Shown: piece by piece, positions 29,401 through 44,400 of the stretch | Layout of the letters: each line of letters starts with the position of its first letter | Position numbering within the stretch: the first letter of the stretch is position 1 | From: Tubiluchus corallicola | Taxonomy: Eukaryota > Animalia > Priapulida | Assembly: GCA_030141605.1 (NCBI GenBank) | Contig: JAQGDQ010000496.1 | Location: 1-64,000, forward strand | Direction of reading: 5' to 3' | DNA: 64,000 nt | The notes under the pieces: generated by a model | Databases searched by the model: none | Told to the model about the DNA's origin: nothing | The model's input: the letters and a program-made list of their open reading frames with translations, nothing else | Made by a program: the position numbers and the translations under genes

Positions 29401-32400
29401 TTGACCTGAATTGCAAAGGTGCTAGCAAAAAACAATAACGGCCCGAAAGTGGACCCTTGCGGTACATCACACCAAAGTGTTTCAGCGTCAGAAGTGTTCA
29501 TTAAGTGCAGTGACATATTTCTTACAATAAGTTTATCACTTAGACGCGAATTAATCAGCTACATGGGAAAACATCTGATACCATAAGTTGTAGGAATAAT
29601 TTGTAAATTAAACTACTGCACATGTACCGTTGCTAAAGAACACTCTCACATGCTAATTTTGTTATTTAGGTTAAATGACTGCATCTGCAACTTGAAGATA
29701 ATCGACTGCAAACAGAAATAATTTGAGTAACTTTTCCTACCTGCAGTTTCTTCTATTTTTCAAAATTTAAAGCATGTGTCCAAAATTGACATATATATAC
29801 ATTACATAATAGTTATACTTGTTTTACAGGTACTGAATCCATTTTATGTGTTTCAAGTTTACAGTATTATCCTATGGAATTTTCAGCGCTATTATATCTT
29901 CGCAAACTCTATCATAGTTTTGTCCATGGTTTCTATAACAATCACAGTAATCATGATTCGACGGGTGAGCAGCGAAATTTAAATTTTATTACGATTTTCA
30001 TGTTTGTGTTTTCCAAACTTTGATTTCGTAAACTTCTATTGTAGGTAAATCTCTTACACTGAAAAGATATACCGAAATTGTTCACGTAAATGGTTTACCC
30101 GAATACGTTACTCGACTGGCTTTCTTAGGTGGTTATTCAAACGATTTATCATCTAGGCATAGTCTCTTGTCATTTAGAATGCATTGAAACTGTTTGATTG
30201 TGTAGTCTGACTGTTTACTAACGGAAAATATACACTTCGTTTGCTCAGAGATTTTTTGAAAGAATTTTTTGGGGTTTAATAAGACTATTTTTCAAATGCT
30301 TTACCCAAGTTATTTATAACGATAAAATTTGCCTGACAGTTTCCTCGGAAGAATTTTTCGGGTAGTGCATTCTCGTATGAATTCCCAGAAAATCTACTGA
30401 GAAACTGTTTATTCAGGCCCTATCCCGAAATGACTTTCTCGGATGGCTTTCTTAAAAAATTATGTTCAAATGCTATAGAATCCCAACTTAAAATGACTGA
30501 AATAGTTTACAATGGTATGCTCAAACGAATGAATGGTTTGTCAAATCAGGCATTGGCACATTTTATAGAGATGATAACTAACTATTTGTGTTTTCAGACA
30601 CAAAAAGCCCTGCGAGATAAAGTACATTCAACAGGAATTGTGACTGTATGTAGGGGAGGCAATGGTATGTATAATGAACCCTCGTGACATTGCCATCTAC
30701 AACTAAGCCACAATGTCACTGAATTTGCGTATCTCTAAAAACCAGCATAAACGTAAATTATTTAGAATCTTAATTTCAAGACTTGGCCTACTGATTAATT
30801 ATTGGAATGTATACAAAGTTAGTGGATTTTTTAAACCAAATTAGACAGAAAGAAAAGAAATGTGAAGTAGTTGATGCCCAGTTGGTTTGAAAACAGAACT
30901 GCTAGATTACGACTACACCACAGAATTTTTACAGCAAATTTCAATTTCATTTAGCTGTATTAGGTATAGAACAATTCGGTAGAAAAAAGACCGAACTATT
31001 GTAACTTTGTTAGCATGACTTGTTTATTTTTCATGGACAACCATGTCACTTGTCTGCACTTCTTTCTGTCTTTAAACATTTAAACTACAGAAATCCCACC
31101 AAATTTCTGTGTGTTTTTCAAGTTTGTGAAGAGATTCCTTCTGAGCATTTGGTTCCTGGAGACGTTATCTTAATACCCAAGCATGGCTACATCATGCAGT
31201 GTGATGCTGTTGTCACAAATGGTATCTGTATAGCCAATGAAAGTATGCTAACCGGAGAAAGCTTGCCGGTGAGACTGTAGTTTTGTATTAATAGTTTTTT
31301 TTTCTGATTTCTCTCAGAAAACTGAGATTTAGGAAGTGGTGAGTCCCATGTTTTTCAAAAGTGGCTTAAACCCAGGAGTGTAAACTTTTCCTGCATTAGA
31401 ACAAAGTTATTGAAGTAAGGCAGTTAAATAAGCTACTATAATGGTGACACCATAGATCAGGTTTCCACACAAAATATAGTGCAGAAGTGAGAATTACAGG
31501 TAAACTGCAAAACATGAGCTATCACTCTAGAAAACGAGGGCTTGCAGATGTTTCACCCCACTAGCATAAAAGAGATTCAAAAAGTATTTCAAAAAGGTAA
31601 TGATAATTAAACTCGTCTCACATTTATTTAAACAAAAGCATCAAAATAATATAAACCTCAATCTTTAGGTCACAAAAGTGCCTCTTCCTAATCCAAAGTT
31701 TATGAGTGACGGAAGTGATATAAAGTACAATGCAAAGGAACATGGCCGCCATACGCTTTTTTGCGGGACTCACATAATTCAGACAAGAAATTACGGTGGC
31801 GATGGAGTGAGAGCCGTTGTTCTTAGGACTGGTAAGAACTGCTTACTTTTCAATGCAAAATACTGTAGCGTGTGAATTTTGTACAAGGCCTATCACGCTG
31901 AATACGGCATACCCCGTTTTAACATTGCTAAGATTTTAGCTTTTATTAATTTAAAAATTATTTTAAATTAAAATTTTACTTAATTTTAAACGCAATTTTA
32001 TTATGAGATTCGTACCGTTAGTGTTTATTACTTAGGACTGTATGTACAGGCACTCTCATTGTACGAAGGCAGTTGTACGCAGTAGGTTACATGGAAATTC
32101 AGTCAAACACAGCAGCAATAGTGGTGAACACATTTATCACAGATCCGGATGAGATCCCTTTGCATAAAAAAAACTTGCCAGGTTCAATGTTTAAAGTCAG
32201 GGAAACAAGGAAACGTGAATTTTATTGTAGGTTTTTCCACGTCCAAAGGAGAGTTAGTTCGAGCTATTATGTATCCGAAACCAGTAGATTTCAGATTCCA
32301 CAGAGACGCTCTCAAGTTTGTTGGCATATTAGCGGGTATCGCAGCCATTGGATTAGTCTACACTGTCTTCATCATGGTATGATTTTACACTCTTATTATA

Positions 32401-35400
32401 ACAATATTTCGCTTTTCGCAAAAACGTTATTAAAAGAAATTGTTGGCAGTGAGCCATGCGAACTAGTGAAAAAGCAAATTTCGTCCACGCCCACTTTATA
32501 TGCGTCCTTTAACACAGCAAAATTTGTCGTTATTTTCTATATATGCTGAAAACCAAGATTGACTTTGTTGTTACTACTGTAATTGTGCAGTAGTAAAGTC
32601 AAGCTTTACTTCTGCATGTACTTGTTGTTTTATTTTTTCTTCATCCATATGAAATTAGTCTTGTAATTACTGTAGGTTTTTCAGAAATGTTGTTTTGCGG
32701 TACCGCAATGGATTTAAATGATCAATAGCTAAAATGTCATTTGTGCGTACAACAAACTCTGATTTTTTTATAATTTTCAGAAACACAACAATCAACCAGC
32801 ACGCATTATTACCATCAAGGCACTCGATCTGATCACAATAACCGTGCCACCTGTTCTACCTGCCGCTATGACTATTGGTATCATCTATGCACAAGCTAGA
32901 CTGAAAGCTGTACAGATCTTCTGCATCCGTCCGCGGACGATTAACCTATGCGGAAGCATCAATGTTGTCTGCTTTGACAAGGTAAATGTTGACTATACTG
33001 CTGAGATGCATAGTCTATTTTAACTTTTTGACGATAAGCACATCACTCCAGGTCGCAGGAAGCTAGTCCCTCAACACCTATGGCCTACCTAGACATTTCG
33101 CTCCCATATGCAACAAAATATTAACATGACTCAAAAGAATATTAAATGGTAAACTATGTCCTAATAACATTTAATCTCTCGCATTTTTCTTTGCGCAAAA
33201 TTTTACAACTCATTATGGTAGTTAAAAAAGAGTCTTGTTCTGTATCATATAGCCTTACAGCTACCAGCAGAATGCATAAACGCTGGCCAATTATTTCTCT
33301 ATTTCATTCAAGTGCCTATTAAGCTAATGAGGAGTTTAACACTTTGCTATAGAATTGACGTGTCGTTCACATTAATATTAATATTTAATTTTATTCCTTA
33401 TCTGTAAAGACTGGCACTCTCACAGAAGACGGCATTGACATGCATGGTGTTGTGTCTGTTGATAATAACGCTTTTCAAGATCTGCAAGCTAACATACAAG
33501 AAATTGCTCAGGGACCTGTGTTGTCTGCCATGGCTACCTGCCATTCCCTCAACATTATCAATGGAGAACTAACTGGGGATCCTATAGATACAAAAATGTT
33601 TGCGTCGACTGGCTTAGTAAGTTATTTATATAACATCACTTCTTTTAAAAATGTTGCAATTAAAAAGTGTCCATAAATTATTTCTCACTGTACTGAATGG
33701 AAATTTATTGGAGTGCAAATTTTCACCCACTAAGACTAAGCATCTCATTCTTTATATATATATATATATATAATGAACTGCTTAGTCTTAGCGGATGGGA
33801 ATTATATATAGATGTATTAGAAAGAACGCAAACGATAGAATCTAAATGGAGGTTTTTGCGGGAGGACTGGCACCTATCTTATTGTTGTTAATAGTCTTCC
33901 AAGATGAGATACTGAATTGGCGGAGGTGTATATTCTTCATAATCTTTCAATGAGGTGTTTCTGAGTCAGTATAGCAGTCGAAACCACTCAGAAAGACTTC
34001 CCGACAGCCATCCATCCAGCACCTAATATGCTGCATGATTGTTTTTTTCAGGAGTTCCATGAACCTGGACCAATGATGGGTGACAATGAAATCCCACAAC
34101 TTGTTAAAAGTCCGGCTGCAGACGAGGTTAGTACGTACAGTACAAGAGTGGCTACGAAAAATGCTCGTGAACACACATGAAAAAAATCATTTTAAAAGGC
34201 AAATTATTAAATAATTTTCGTAGCCGTGCAAAATTTTTTAAGGAAGTCGGCTTTTTGCTTTAATTAGATTATGACTGCCAATGCCAGAAGGTAATAAACC
34301 CCTGAGGTTTTGTTTTGCGTTGGTAACCTTCTGTGTCACTTGCACGCAACCCTTAAAAGTGCGATCACCTCTATTGATAAACTGGTACGACAAAGTAATC
34401 TGCAATTACTGCTGATACAGAAAAGTTATTGGACAGAAAACTCAAGAAAATGTGCATAAGCTTATATCCACACACATAAGTTCGGAATTGAGAATAGCAG
34501 TTGGTACAGCTACATAAAAAATTAAAATGAGTGAAAGTATAATTGTGTAGATAAAGTACCCCTTTCTATTCAAGCAAAAACTCAAATACGGCATCTTTGT
34601 ATTAAATGCATGGGATACAGGATCACCAATGTCATTCATGTTGCTTCGTGCATTGCCGGCGTCTACACATTGACACTAAATGCACGACTAACTATATTAA
34701 AAATCGTTTTTCATACATTCAACCTAAACTACGGCAAAACATGTAAGTTAGTTTGATGAATATACATTGACATCGTTACTATTTTCGTGATTCAAGAAAC
34801 GGGATCAAAGCATATGACGAAAAACTATTATATATTATAATAAAATACGTTTTGTCACTATTTCAAAGTTAAATTTATATCATTTTATATCATTTATTTT
34901 CTGATGTTATTATTCACCTGTGCATTCAGACTTTTGTTTAAAAAAATAACAAATCTTCTAGAAGATAACAAAATCACATGCAGTCGTCAAACGTGAATTC
35001 ATTTGTTACAGTATGTTGAGCATTACAGTCTTACGGTTTACTCATTGAATGTTTTTCTTTGATGTCAGGTAAAGAAGCCCATCGAAATTGGGCTGCTTCG
35101 GCAATTCATCTTTGTATCTAATCTGCAGAGAATGAGTGTTATTACTAAGGATGTCAACTCTGGTCAGTTTAAAGCCTATGTGAAAGGATCTCCTGAGATG
35201 GTGGCTTCTTTGTCGAAACCTGATACAAGTATTGTTTGAGTCTTTGACAACGAAATTTTTTATTTTTATCTCACAGATGATTTGGTAACACTGGAAAACA
35301 TTCTTTAATCTTATTAATCACCGTTGCAATTCAAATTGTTTCAAAACTTTTTGCATTAAACTTGCTTAGATTAATTTAATTTACCGTGATTAATATTAAC

Positions 35401-38400
35401 TGTCATGAAGCAGGCAACGAACAGGAATACAGTACTAAATAATGTATTGGCCATAGGACGACATAATTCATCTTTACAACAGAGATTATGAAGCCAAAAA
35501 TAGAAAAGAATGGTAGTGCAAAACTTTTAAGTTAACGGTTCGAATAAAAATTTGATGTTATGAAAACTTCGCCCAACTGTGTTCAAATAGAAGCCGTCCA
35601 AGAAATGAAGAAACCACGGCGCATTGTAGTTTGCCCATAGTTAATACAGCTAACGCCATGAAACTATTTGCAGTACCCAGCGACTTTGATGATGTGCTTA
35701 TGCAATACACACAACAAGGTTATAGAGTACTGGCACTGGCATGGAAGCCTTTGCCTGATTTTGACTGGGAAAAATCCAAGAAAACAACCAGGTACAGGCA
35801 CTGTTATCCTGAAATAGATTTAAAATTACCATTGCAAACGATTATAATACCATTCCTAACAATACCTTTTTGAGCTTCTAGCTGCGTTAAAAATTTTAAC
35901 AACTGTCTTTATTTGAATAAAAACATTCATTAATAATAACGTTGGTTGCTGTGATATGTTTATTATGACAACAAATAAAAACTACAGGAATGTAGAAAAA
36001 CTACAGGATCAAAGAAACAACAAATTAATAATTTAAACTGCATCGTCTTTTACAGGGAGCAAGTTGAAAGTGATCTGACATTTTTAGGACTACTAATTTT
36101 AGAAAATCGTCTGAAACCCGAAACGGCACCTACGCTGAAAGTGCTAAAAGAAGCAAACATCAAGACAGTCATGATTACAGGTTAGCTTATTCTCAAATTA
36201 CCCACAGGTTGCATCCACATTAATGTGTTCATATTGAAACGAAAGTAGAACTTGGTGAAAATCGGTATGGAGATGATAATGTTGATGTTTAATTGTCAAT
36301 TGCTGCATTTGAAGAAGACAAGATGTCATAATCATATTAGCTACTTCCATTAGGTAACCTAGTAATGCTCATGATTTGATGGCATTGTCCTCTCATGTGC
36401 GAAGTATCTAGATAGTTTGAATGAAGTGGTGTGTTTAATAAGTCTTTCGGCTCGTTATTACACAGCGAATTAGTGAGTTACTGCTATAGTCATTAGACAG
36501 AAAAAAGTGTGGTTACAATCTCATTTTGAATTCCGGTCTTACATACTGTTGATTGCGCACTGGTTGGTTAACCACAAATCAGCACTCTCAAATCCAGCAT
36601 AGTCTAAGCCTAAATCTTGGAAAAAGTGCTTCTATAAAGTTATAGGGGCTTTCTTTCTAAAAGTCGGCAACATGCTAGGGCAGTGATCAATGCCTGGACC
36701 AACAGTACCCGCCTGATATACCACTTCTCTGGTATGCCCCAACTGTACAGTACATGTAGGAGGAATTGTCACAAAACATTTTCCTTCTTAGTTAATAAGC
36801 CTTTACATGTTTTGCAAACTAACGTTAATGTGCCAGCTTTGCGTACAGCAGTACAACAAAACAAAACAACAACAGCACAGGCATGAGTTCAGTCAATACT
36901 TGTGTTCTAGTGGAGTTTCTTAAAGATATAAATGCTTCTGTTATGTGGGCCAAGCCATCTTTTTTCTCCTTCTGGTCGCAAACAGTATTGGCATGGAATG
37001 TTTACAGAACTGATTTTTTTCAGAATGAATGGCATTCAGATTTTCATATGGCGTAAGAGGTGGTTTTTATAAGCTAGGAACAATTACCTTTTCGACCAAA
37101 ATGTTGGTCATATTGGTACTTCCCTGAATCCTTGGCCTTTAAAGCCTACATGTAGATACTAATATCATTGTCCTATTTACTTCAGGTCGGGCAATATAGC
37201 TAATATATATATTACACAAATGGCTACAAGTACTTTGGCGGCCATCTTGAAATCCTAACTGAGGTGATGTCATATGTGTTTCTGGGCATCAGAAATTGAT
37301 TCCTTGAAATTGAAAACCTAACCTATATTTTGACACCAAAGTTGTCATATTAACTGCACCAACAGTTAGGATATGGCTTTCAAAACTAGTAATTACAAGC
37401 ATCGATCTTATCAACCATTTTGAAAATGACAGCCATATTGGATGACGTTCGATTGGTCTCTTATCTCATAATTGAGATGTCAGCCAAAGCTAAGATAACA
37501 GTGCTGTGGTCGCGATAATAATGATGATGACGACGATGAAAGCAAAAGTAATGAGAGCAATAACGATGACGATGATGATGTATTTACTGCATATAATACT
37601 TAAAATTTTGCAGTTGTGTATTGCTATGTATGATTTATTCACAAAAGCATACGTATAAATTTAATTTCTACAACTAGGGGACAATATGTTAACTGCACTG
37701 AGTGTAGCCCGGCACTCAGGAATGGTTGCCAAGGAACAAAAGTCGATCACAGTCACTGCTGTTAATGATGAAGAAACGAAGTCGCCTGTGTTAAATTACC
37801 AGTACGCAGACTTTCGTGATCGAGATGAGGTTTCTAGCTTGGAGATGGAGCAAGACAAGGTGATTCCCATTAACTATTCTCAGCGTGATAAAAAAAATAA
37901 GTACAAAATAGTGAGTTGTCAACTTTTTTTAATAAGAGCACAAAGTTACCCTTAGAACTCATTCCACATAGTCAATTCATTTTTGTGACTCATAGAAACA
38001 AGTAGATGTGCCAGATGTCCTCATTAAATTTCCAGAAGAGGAGCACAGTTACCACTTCGCTATTGATGGCAAGTCATTTGAAATTGTGAGGTCACACTTT
38101 GCCGATTTACTGCCAAAAGTAAGTGGAATTTTTAGGCTCACAGAATCTCAGTAGTAGTAAGTGACCATGGCGGAGATGGTGATGATGATGACGACGACGA
38201 TAATGATGACGGTGATGACAATGATGACGGTGAGGGTGAGGAGGAAGAGGAGAAGAATGATAATGATGAAAATTTTAATGTCAATGAAATGGGTAATATA
38301 AGTGTAGTGAAATCACTGTGGTTAAAGAAACGAGGATAAAAACTACGATGAAGAAATGCGCTTATAAACAAATTTATGATGATTAATGTGAACATGTTAT

Positions 38401-41400
38401 TAAAACGAGAAGTCAAAATTTATGTTAGCTTGAAAGAGGTTTTTGATATTTCAGTTTAAGAAAAATAAAATACTTAAATCTCAAGTCTGAAACTGCAAAA
38501 CATTTCACTCGTCAGCAGTTTACTTAGGTTAACTTTGATTGTTGTTCTGGTACACAAAGGAAACGTGTTGTTGTCAGCTAACATACTTGGCATTTAAAGC
38601 CTTAAGGTAACGGTACATGTAATTGGATTTTTATAAATATCTATTACTAGCGTTGCTCAGTTTTTAAATAAAAAAACACGAATTTGTGAAACTATTACAC
38701 AACTTGACTGTCTACCAAAATCCAATTTTCCAGATGAATTTTATAGTTTGTAAGATAACTGAGTGCATAAAATGTCAAGAGTCGATGAACAAGTAAATGG
38801 TATTATAATTACGGTTTTGTTTTCTCTGTTTTGCAATTAGATTATAACTAGAGGTACCGTGTTTGCTCGAATGTCTCCAGATCAGAAGGCCATTATAGTG
38901 GAATATTTGCAGAAGATGGGATATTTTGTTGGCATGTGCGGAGACGGAGCTAATGACTGTGGGGCAAGTTTATGATAACATGCTACTCCTGAATTGGGCA
39001 ATTTAATTTCGATGTTTCATGACAGCTGTACTCGGTAACATAATTAGTACTTTCTTACTTCGAAAAAAATTTCCTGACATTGGATTTTGGTTCTGTTGGA
39101 CCAGTACTTTGCTCAGAACTGTAGGAAACTCAGTGAGAACGCTTGGAGAAATTTTGGAACTTGACCAGAAAGCTCCAACAGAAGAACCCAAAACTATCTG
39201 AAATTTAACAAGCCAAACTGCTCAAATAAAATTAATTTTGCCTAGGCCACTCTAATGAGAAAAGTAAACATTTCTCTGGTGTGTGTGATATGCACAAGTT
39301 ATGGAGAATTGTGAGTCTCCTTGTTAGCTATCTGTTTTAACATGTTTTCAGGCTTTAAAAGCTGCTCACGCTGGTATATCGCTGTCAGAAACAGAAGCAT
39401 CGGTTGCCTCGCCATTTACATCCAAAGAATCAAACATTACTTGCGTTCCAACCTTAATAAGGTGCTTATAATTATTACGTTTCTTTTGCAATAATTACAT
39501 ATAGTTATATATTTTCCAGAAATTTTATGAAAGTCCTAACAGAGCCTTGCGATTTGTATACCGTATTCGTTATATGCTGAGAACTACTACTACAATCATT
39601 TTTCAAAAACACGATGTGCAGAATTGTGTGTTGATCTTTAATTACGTTTTGTTTCAGGGAAGGAAGGTGTGCATTAGTAACTTCATTTGGAATATTCAAG
39701 TACATGGCATCTTATAGTCTAGTTCAATTTGTTTCTGTCATGATTCTTTATTCAGTAAGTGCAATCTGTTTTAACTCAGCAAACCTTTGGTTATAAAAAT
39801 AGAACACATTATATATATATATATATATATATCCATGATTACTGATTGCATTTTAAAAGAAATTATGAAAATAAACTAGTATAGAATATGGATTCGAGGT
39901 TGTTGAAGCTGTAGAATATACTGTGGTTGAGATCACACCATATTAGGCTTATCAATCCTAGTGTCACTCACCTATGAAGCAGTAGTTCTGGCTGTAAAAC
40001 CTGTGAATTTAATAATATACCTCAATTTTGATTGAAAAAAACTGTGGCAGGGCGCCCACACACATAGATACACTTGCTCTAATTATCAACGATGATATGG
40101 AGTCATCGCAAAAAATTCGGACTCTCCTACAAAGTTACGCTTATCGCAATGCGGAGTGTGTCAACTCATGAAGTCAAATTTTCAGGCAGAATTGAAACCA
40201 GGTTTAACGCAGTCTAATTGTCAGTTCAATATTAACAAATTATTTCCTTTGTAGTTGATGCTAATTAAATTTATTTCAGTGTGTCCTTGGATTCGCTATA
40301 TCTATCAAGTCAGTCAAATCAAATATTAAAGAAAGTCCCAGACTACCATTTGAGTCAAATGTTAAAGTTTGAGGGCAAATAAGATTTAGCTTCTTTCTTT
40401 ACTTTCTTGCCGATGTAATCAAACCAGAGTTTACACAAGACTCATCAGTAGGCCCTCGCAAATGGTACAAGTTTATTTACGGACGATCCCAATCTCATAA
40501 TTTTTTGATATTAATACTCTCTTGAGAACACATTCAATAGCAACTAGCAAAATAGTTATATTGCCGATCAGTAATAGACAAAGACAAATCCAATGTCATG
40601 GGATTATTACATTGCATCATTAGATTTAGATGTTTATAAACCTAGTATTTGAACTGATATGATTCCTATAGGTTCAGTTCTTTATATGCTTCATTACAGA
40701 TTGCTAGCTGTCTTACGGATTTTGAATTTCTCTACGTTGATCTAGTGCAAATGACCGTCTTAGCTGTCACATGTAAGTTACTTTTAAATCCTATTTGATT
40801 TTGCTCATACTTGTGCTTATATCCTAGTTACCTCGTGTAAATTGATTATTTGTGTCTGCGGTAGGATGATTTTTTATTCATTTCTGCATTGCTGCAAGCT
40901 AGTATTTGATGTTCAAATGCAATGCTTGCTTAGCGTATATACTTGTATTCAGATTACTTGTAAGCACTATATATCAGGCTGCATAAGATTATGGATATCC
41001 ATAAAATAAGATCAAAAATCCATAAAATAAGAAATGCATAAAATGAAAAAATATTTTTTGTGATTTTTTGTACAAATTAACGAGTTGTAAGCATTGGCAT
41101 CACTGAAAACGAACGTTAGAAGGACAGAAAGAGAAAGAAAACAAACCAACAAAAGCGCATTTCCGGATTTGCTATTTTACATTGTTTTTTTTCTCATTGT
41201 CTTTTTGTTATCAAGATGGCGAAGTTTCAACCAAAGCATGAGCTGGAGTTCGGTCTGAAAATAACTGAGACAGACCCAGCCAGCAGATACGTACTCTCTG
41301 TAGAGTGTCTGTTTTGCGTACATTTCGGAAAGGAAGAAAAAGAAGGTGCAAAGCAATAGGCAATCAAAACTGAATACAGGCATTGGATCGGAAACTTCAG

Positions 41401-44400
41401 CCTAGAGAGCATTCTACATTCGTATCAAATAGACGAATTATTTGAACTGAAGTGATGAATTACAAGGCATTGTCTCGTAAAATTTGATTAAATTTGAAGT
41501 GATATGAAACCGATAAAATTAAAACTAAGTCCTGCGTGTTTAAAAACACGTTTCAAGCACTCCTGTTTTTACTTTTTAATTGATTTCCCCCTGGGCATCT
41601 CGTTCCAGATAGAGTCCATTTCTTATTTTATTGATATCCATAAAATAAAATTTCAAAAATCCATAAAATAAGCTATTTTATTTATTTTATACATATCCAT
41701 AATCTTATGTACCCTGAGTCTATATTCAAAAGTAGTATGGTAAACGAAAGTGCCAGGAAGCAGTTTCACGGCAGCCACCCATACATTTTACAAAATAACC
41801 AGTTACTGTTTAATCACATCTTCTTTGGTAACTATGATTAGTCCCTGTGTTTAGCACTCCACCATTAAAGACAATGCTACAGGTAATTCTGAAAAGTTTT
41901 AGTTGTATGTAGCTGTCATAACTAGGCTACTTTGCATCTTGCTTAACACTTGCGAATGCTTTTGCAACAACTCTCATAGACATGCTAATCCTCAGCCTGC
42001 TTAACGTTTGGACATGCCCACAGCGCAACTCTTGTGTCAACCTGTCACATGTAAGCTGCTTCTTTTCCTATGATGTAATTTAAAAAGAAAGCTACAGTCA
42101 ACGTTTATCTGTGCTTTTGGGGTCTGTGTTCAGAACAAATGAGCCAAAAATACTCAACAATTATGTTGAGTGCCTCTCTTGTCAAATTATAATTACTTCA
42201 CTTTTTCCAGTGACAGGCAAGTCTTATTATAGCATAACTTATGACATTTTTCAGTCGGTGGGACACATGCTTACCATAAGCTTGATAAAGAACCACCACC
42301 CATTTCATTGATGAGTTTTGTTCCCGTATTCTCACTTTTGTCACAGATGATAATACAGGTGGCAGCACAAGCGTTTATATTCAAATATGTTATGCAAGAA
42401 ATATGGTGAGTAAATGAGCAATTGCTAATTACATAATTGTGCTACATGTCTGATTGGCCACAGTAAAACTGTAAATTGTAATTATGACTGTTATAGGCGT
42501 AAGAAACTTTCCATTTCTTAGTGTAGAAACAAAACTGAATTTTTTTTGTTTCTAGTACGCGTAATTAGCTACAGAAAATGTAATTAGAGCCAATTCCGGC
42601 AATGCTAAATTGGCTAATTCCGTATTCTCAATGATTGATGGGAACACGCGAAACTAAAACATACAAATGACGAATTGCGTTTTGTCCACATTGGTAAACG
42701 AAGTTCGAACAGCAACTGCTTGCGCTATTTGGGGCTAAGAATGCTGCATTTACTTTTCATAGGTTTGAGCCGTATGATACAACTAAAGGTGAGCATCACA
42801 ATTACGGTAGCCACCAAAATGCAGTGACGTTTACAGTGTCAACGTTCCAGTACATAATCTTGGCAGTGGTTTATTCAAAAGGAACACCTTATAGGAAGAC
42901 CATGTTTTCAAATAGTGAGTGGCTTTCCTCTTCCATTTTCTCCGTTATCCTTCACTGTTATTAATTTTCATCAGTAACGATTTAAATCATGTCAAAGTGT
43001 TAGAAAAGTACAGCTGCCTATGCTTAAAAGTTTAGAATTGCTTTGGAAGTGTCTTAGAGGACTTTGTAGCACTCAAAACTGTACTGGCAACCAGCTAATT
43101 CAATGGGAATTTTAATAGTGATCTATTGAGACAAGGTCATACCCTTGCATTGTATGGACAATTGCTTACATGTTTCAACAAGACTCGACCCAATTGCCAT
43201 TAAATTTAGTCTGAATTAAATAGTACTATTAGAGAAATTTTCAAAGAAGGAAAAGTGAGATGTGAGCTTTGCATTAGTGAAAAACGTTTGAAATAAGTGT
43301 TACAAATTTTTACAAGTAGTAAACGGCGAAGGACAGACTTTGATTCTACTTGCTTGGCTTTTCAGGTTTGCAAACATCATGGACATTGTTCCTCCCAATT
43401 TTAATATTACAACTCATAACGAGCTAATGACTATTTTTAATTTATATTTCAATGATTAATAATGCTTCGCTTTCCAGTGACATGCTGTTGCAAGGCATTT
43501 GCTACTTCTGTTGTTGCATCACCAGAGTATATGTCCCTTCATAAGTCCATGTTTTCGTTCAACCTGGACTATTGCACAACTAATGTCAACTTTATTCATT
43601 ACATGTACATTATAACTGCATTCTTTCAATATCGGATTAGAATACCAAGTCCGTAAAATAGGATTTTCAGAATCTTCCTAAACTGGCTAAAGCAATAAAT
43701 TCTTCAATACAAAGATAAGTACCATTTTCTTTTCAGTACCATTCTTGATTGCTGTTATCGTGGTGACGTTAGTTACATTATACTTAGCTATATATCCAAC
43801 TGAGCCATTCGTTTCGTTACTTGAGGTAAGCTAGCTGTTGATTTCTTAAATACTATGGCAGTATTTAATCAAATTTAAAAGTGGCTTTTCATTACAGGAG
43901 TAGATTAATTACTGAAATAATGAATATAACATAACAACAGTGACGCGTAATTGCACATTGCACATAACTTATAATGACTGATATCTATAATTCGTTTCAA
44001 TTAACTTTCATCCAGCTCCATTATCCGCCTGAAATCTACTTTCGTCTACTCATTCTGGGGATTGGAGTCATCAACTTCTTTGTGTCATTTATTACGGAGG
44101 TACGTAGATCTCAATTATAAACTTGTGAAACAGACAAAGGGAATTAAGCGATGTCTGTTTTATATTAAGCGATACCCATAAGAAACTCTCTACTTCCAAA
44201 GTAACAGGCTTTGTAAAAAAAAAGGTTAGCTTAGGTAGAAGTTCGAAGTTAAATATGTTACAGCATACTGCTGTATCTCACTGAAAACTATTCTCACTGT
44301 ATAATTTCACAGCTAAATTTTCATAGTACCTTCACTACAAATTTTTTAAGAAAGTTGAATGGTAGAGCAACCACTAAAGAATTCCACTGATTTTTCTCAA

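Noticed and set aside
33385-33409. U12-like branch sequence (ttccttatc) before the DK|TGT acceptor
   Set aside because: The donor is GTAAAT, not GTATCCT; treated as a U2 intron.
40420-40455. Minus-strand CTGATGAG hammerhead-like start
   Set aside because: Lacks a closing stem II and an intact GAAA; too degenerate.
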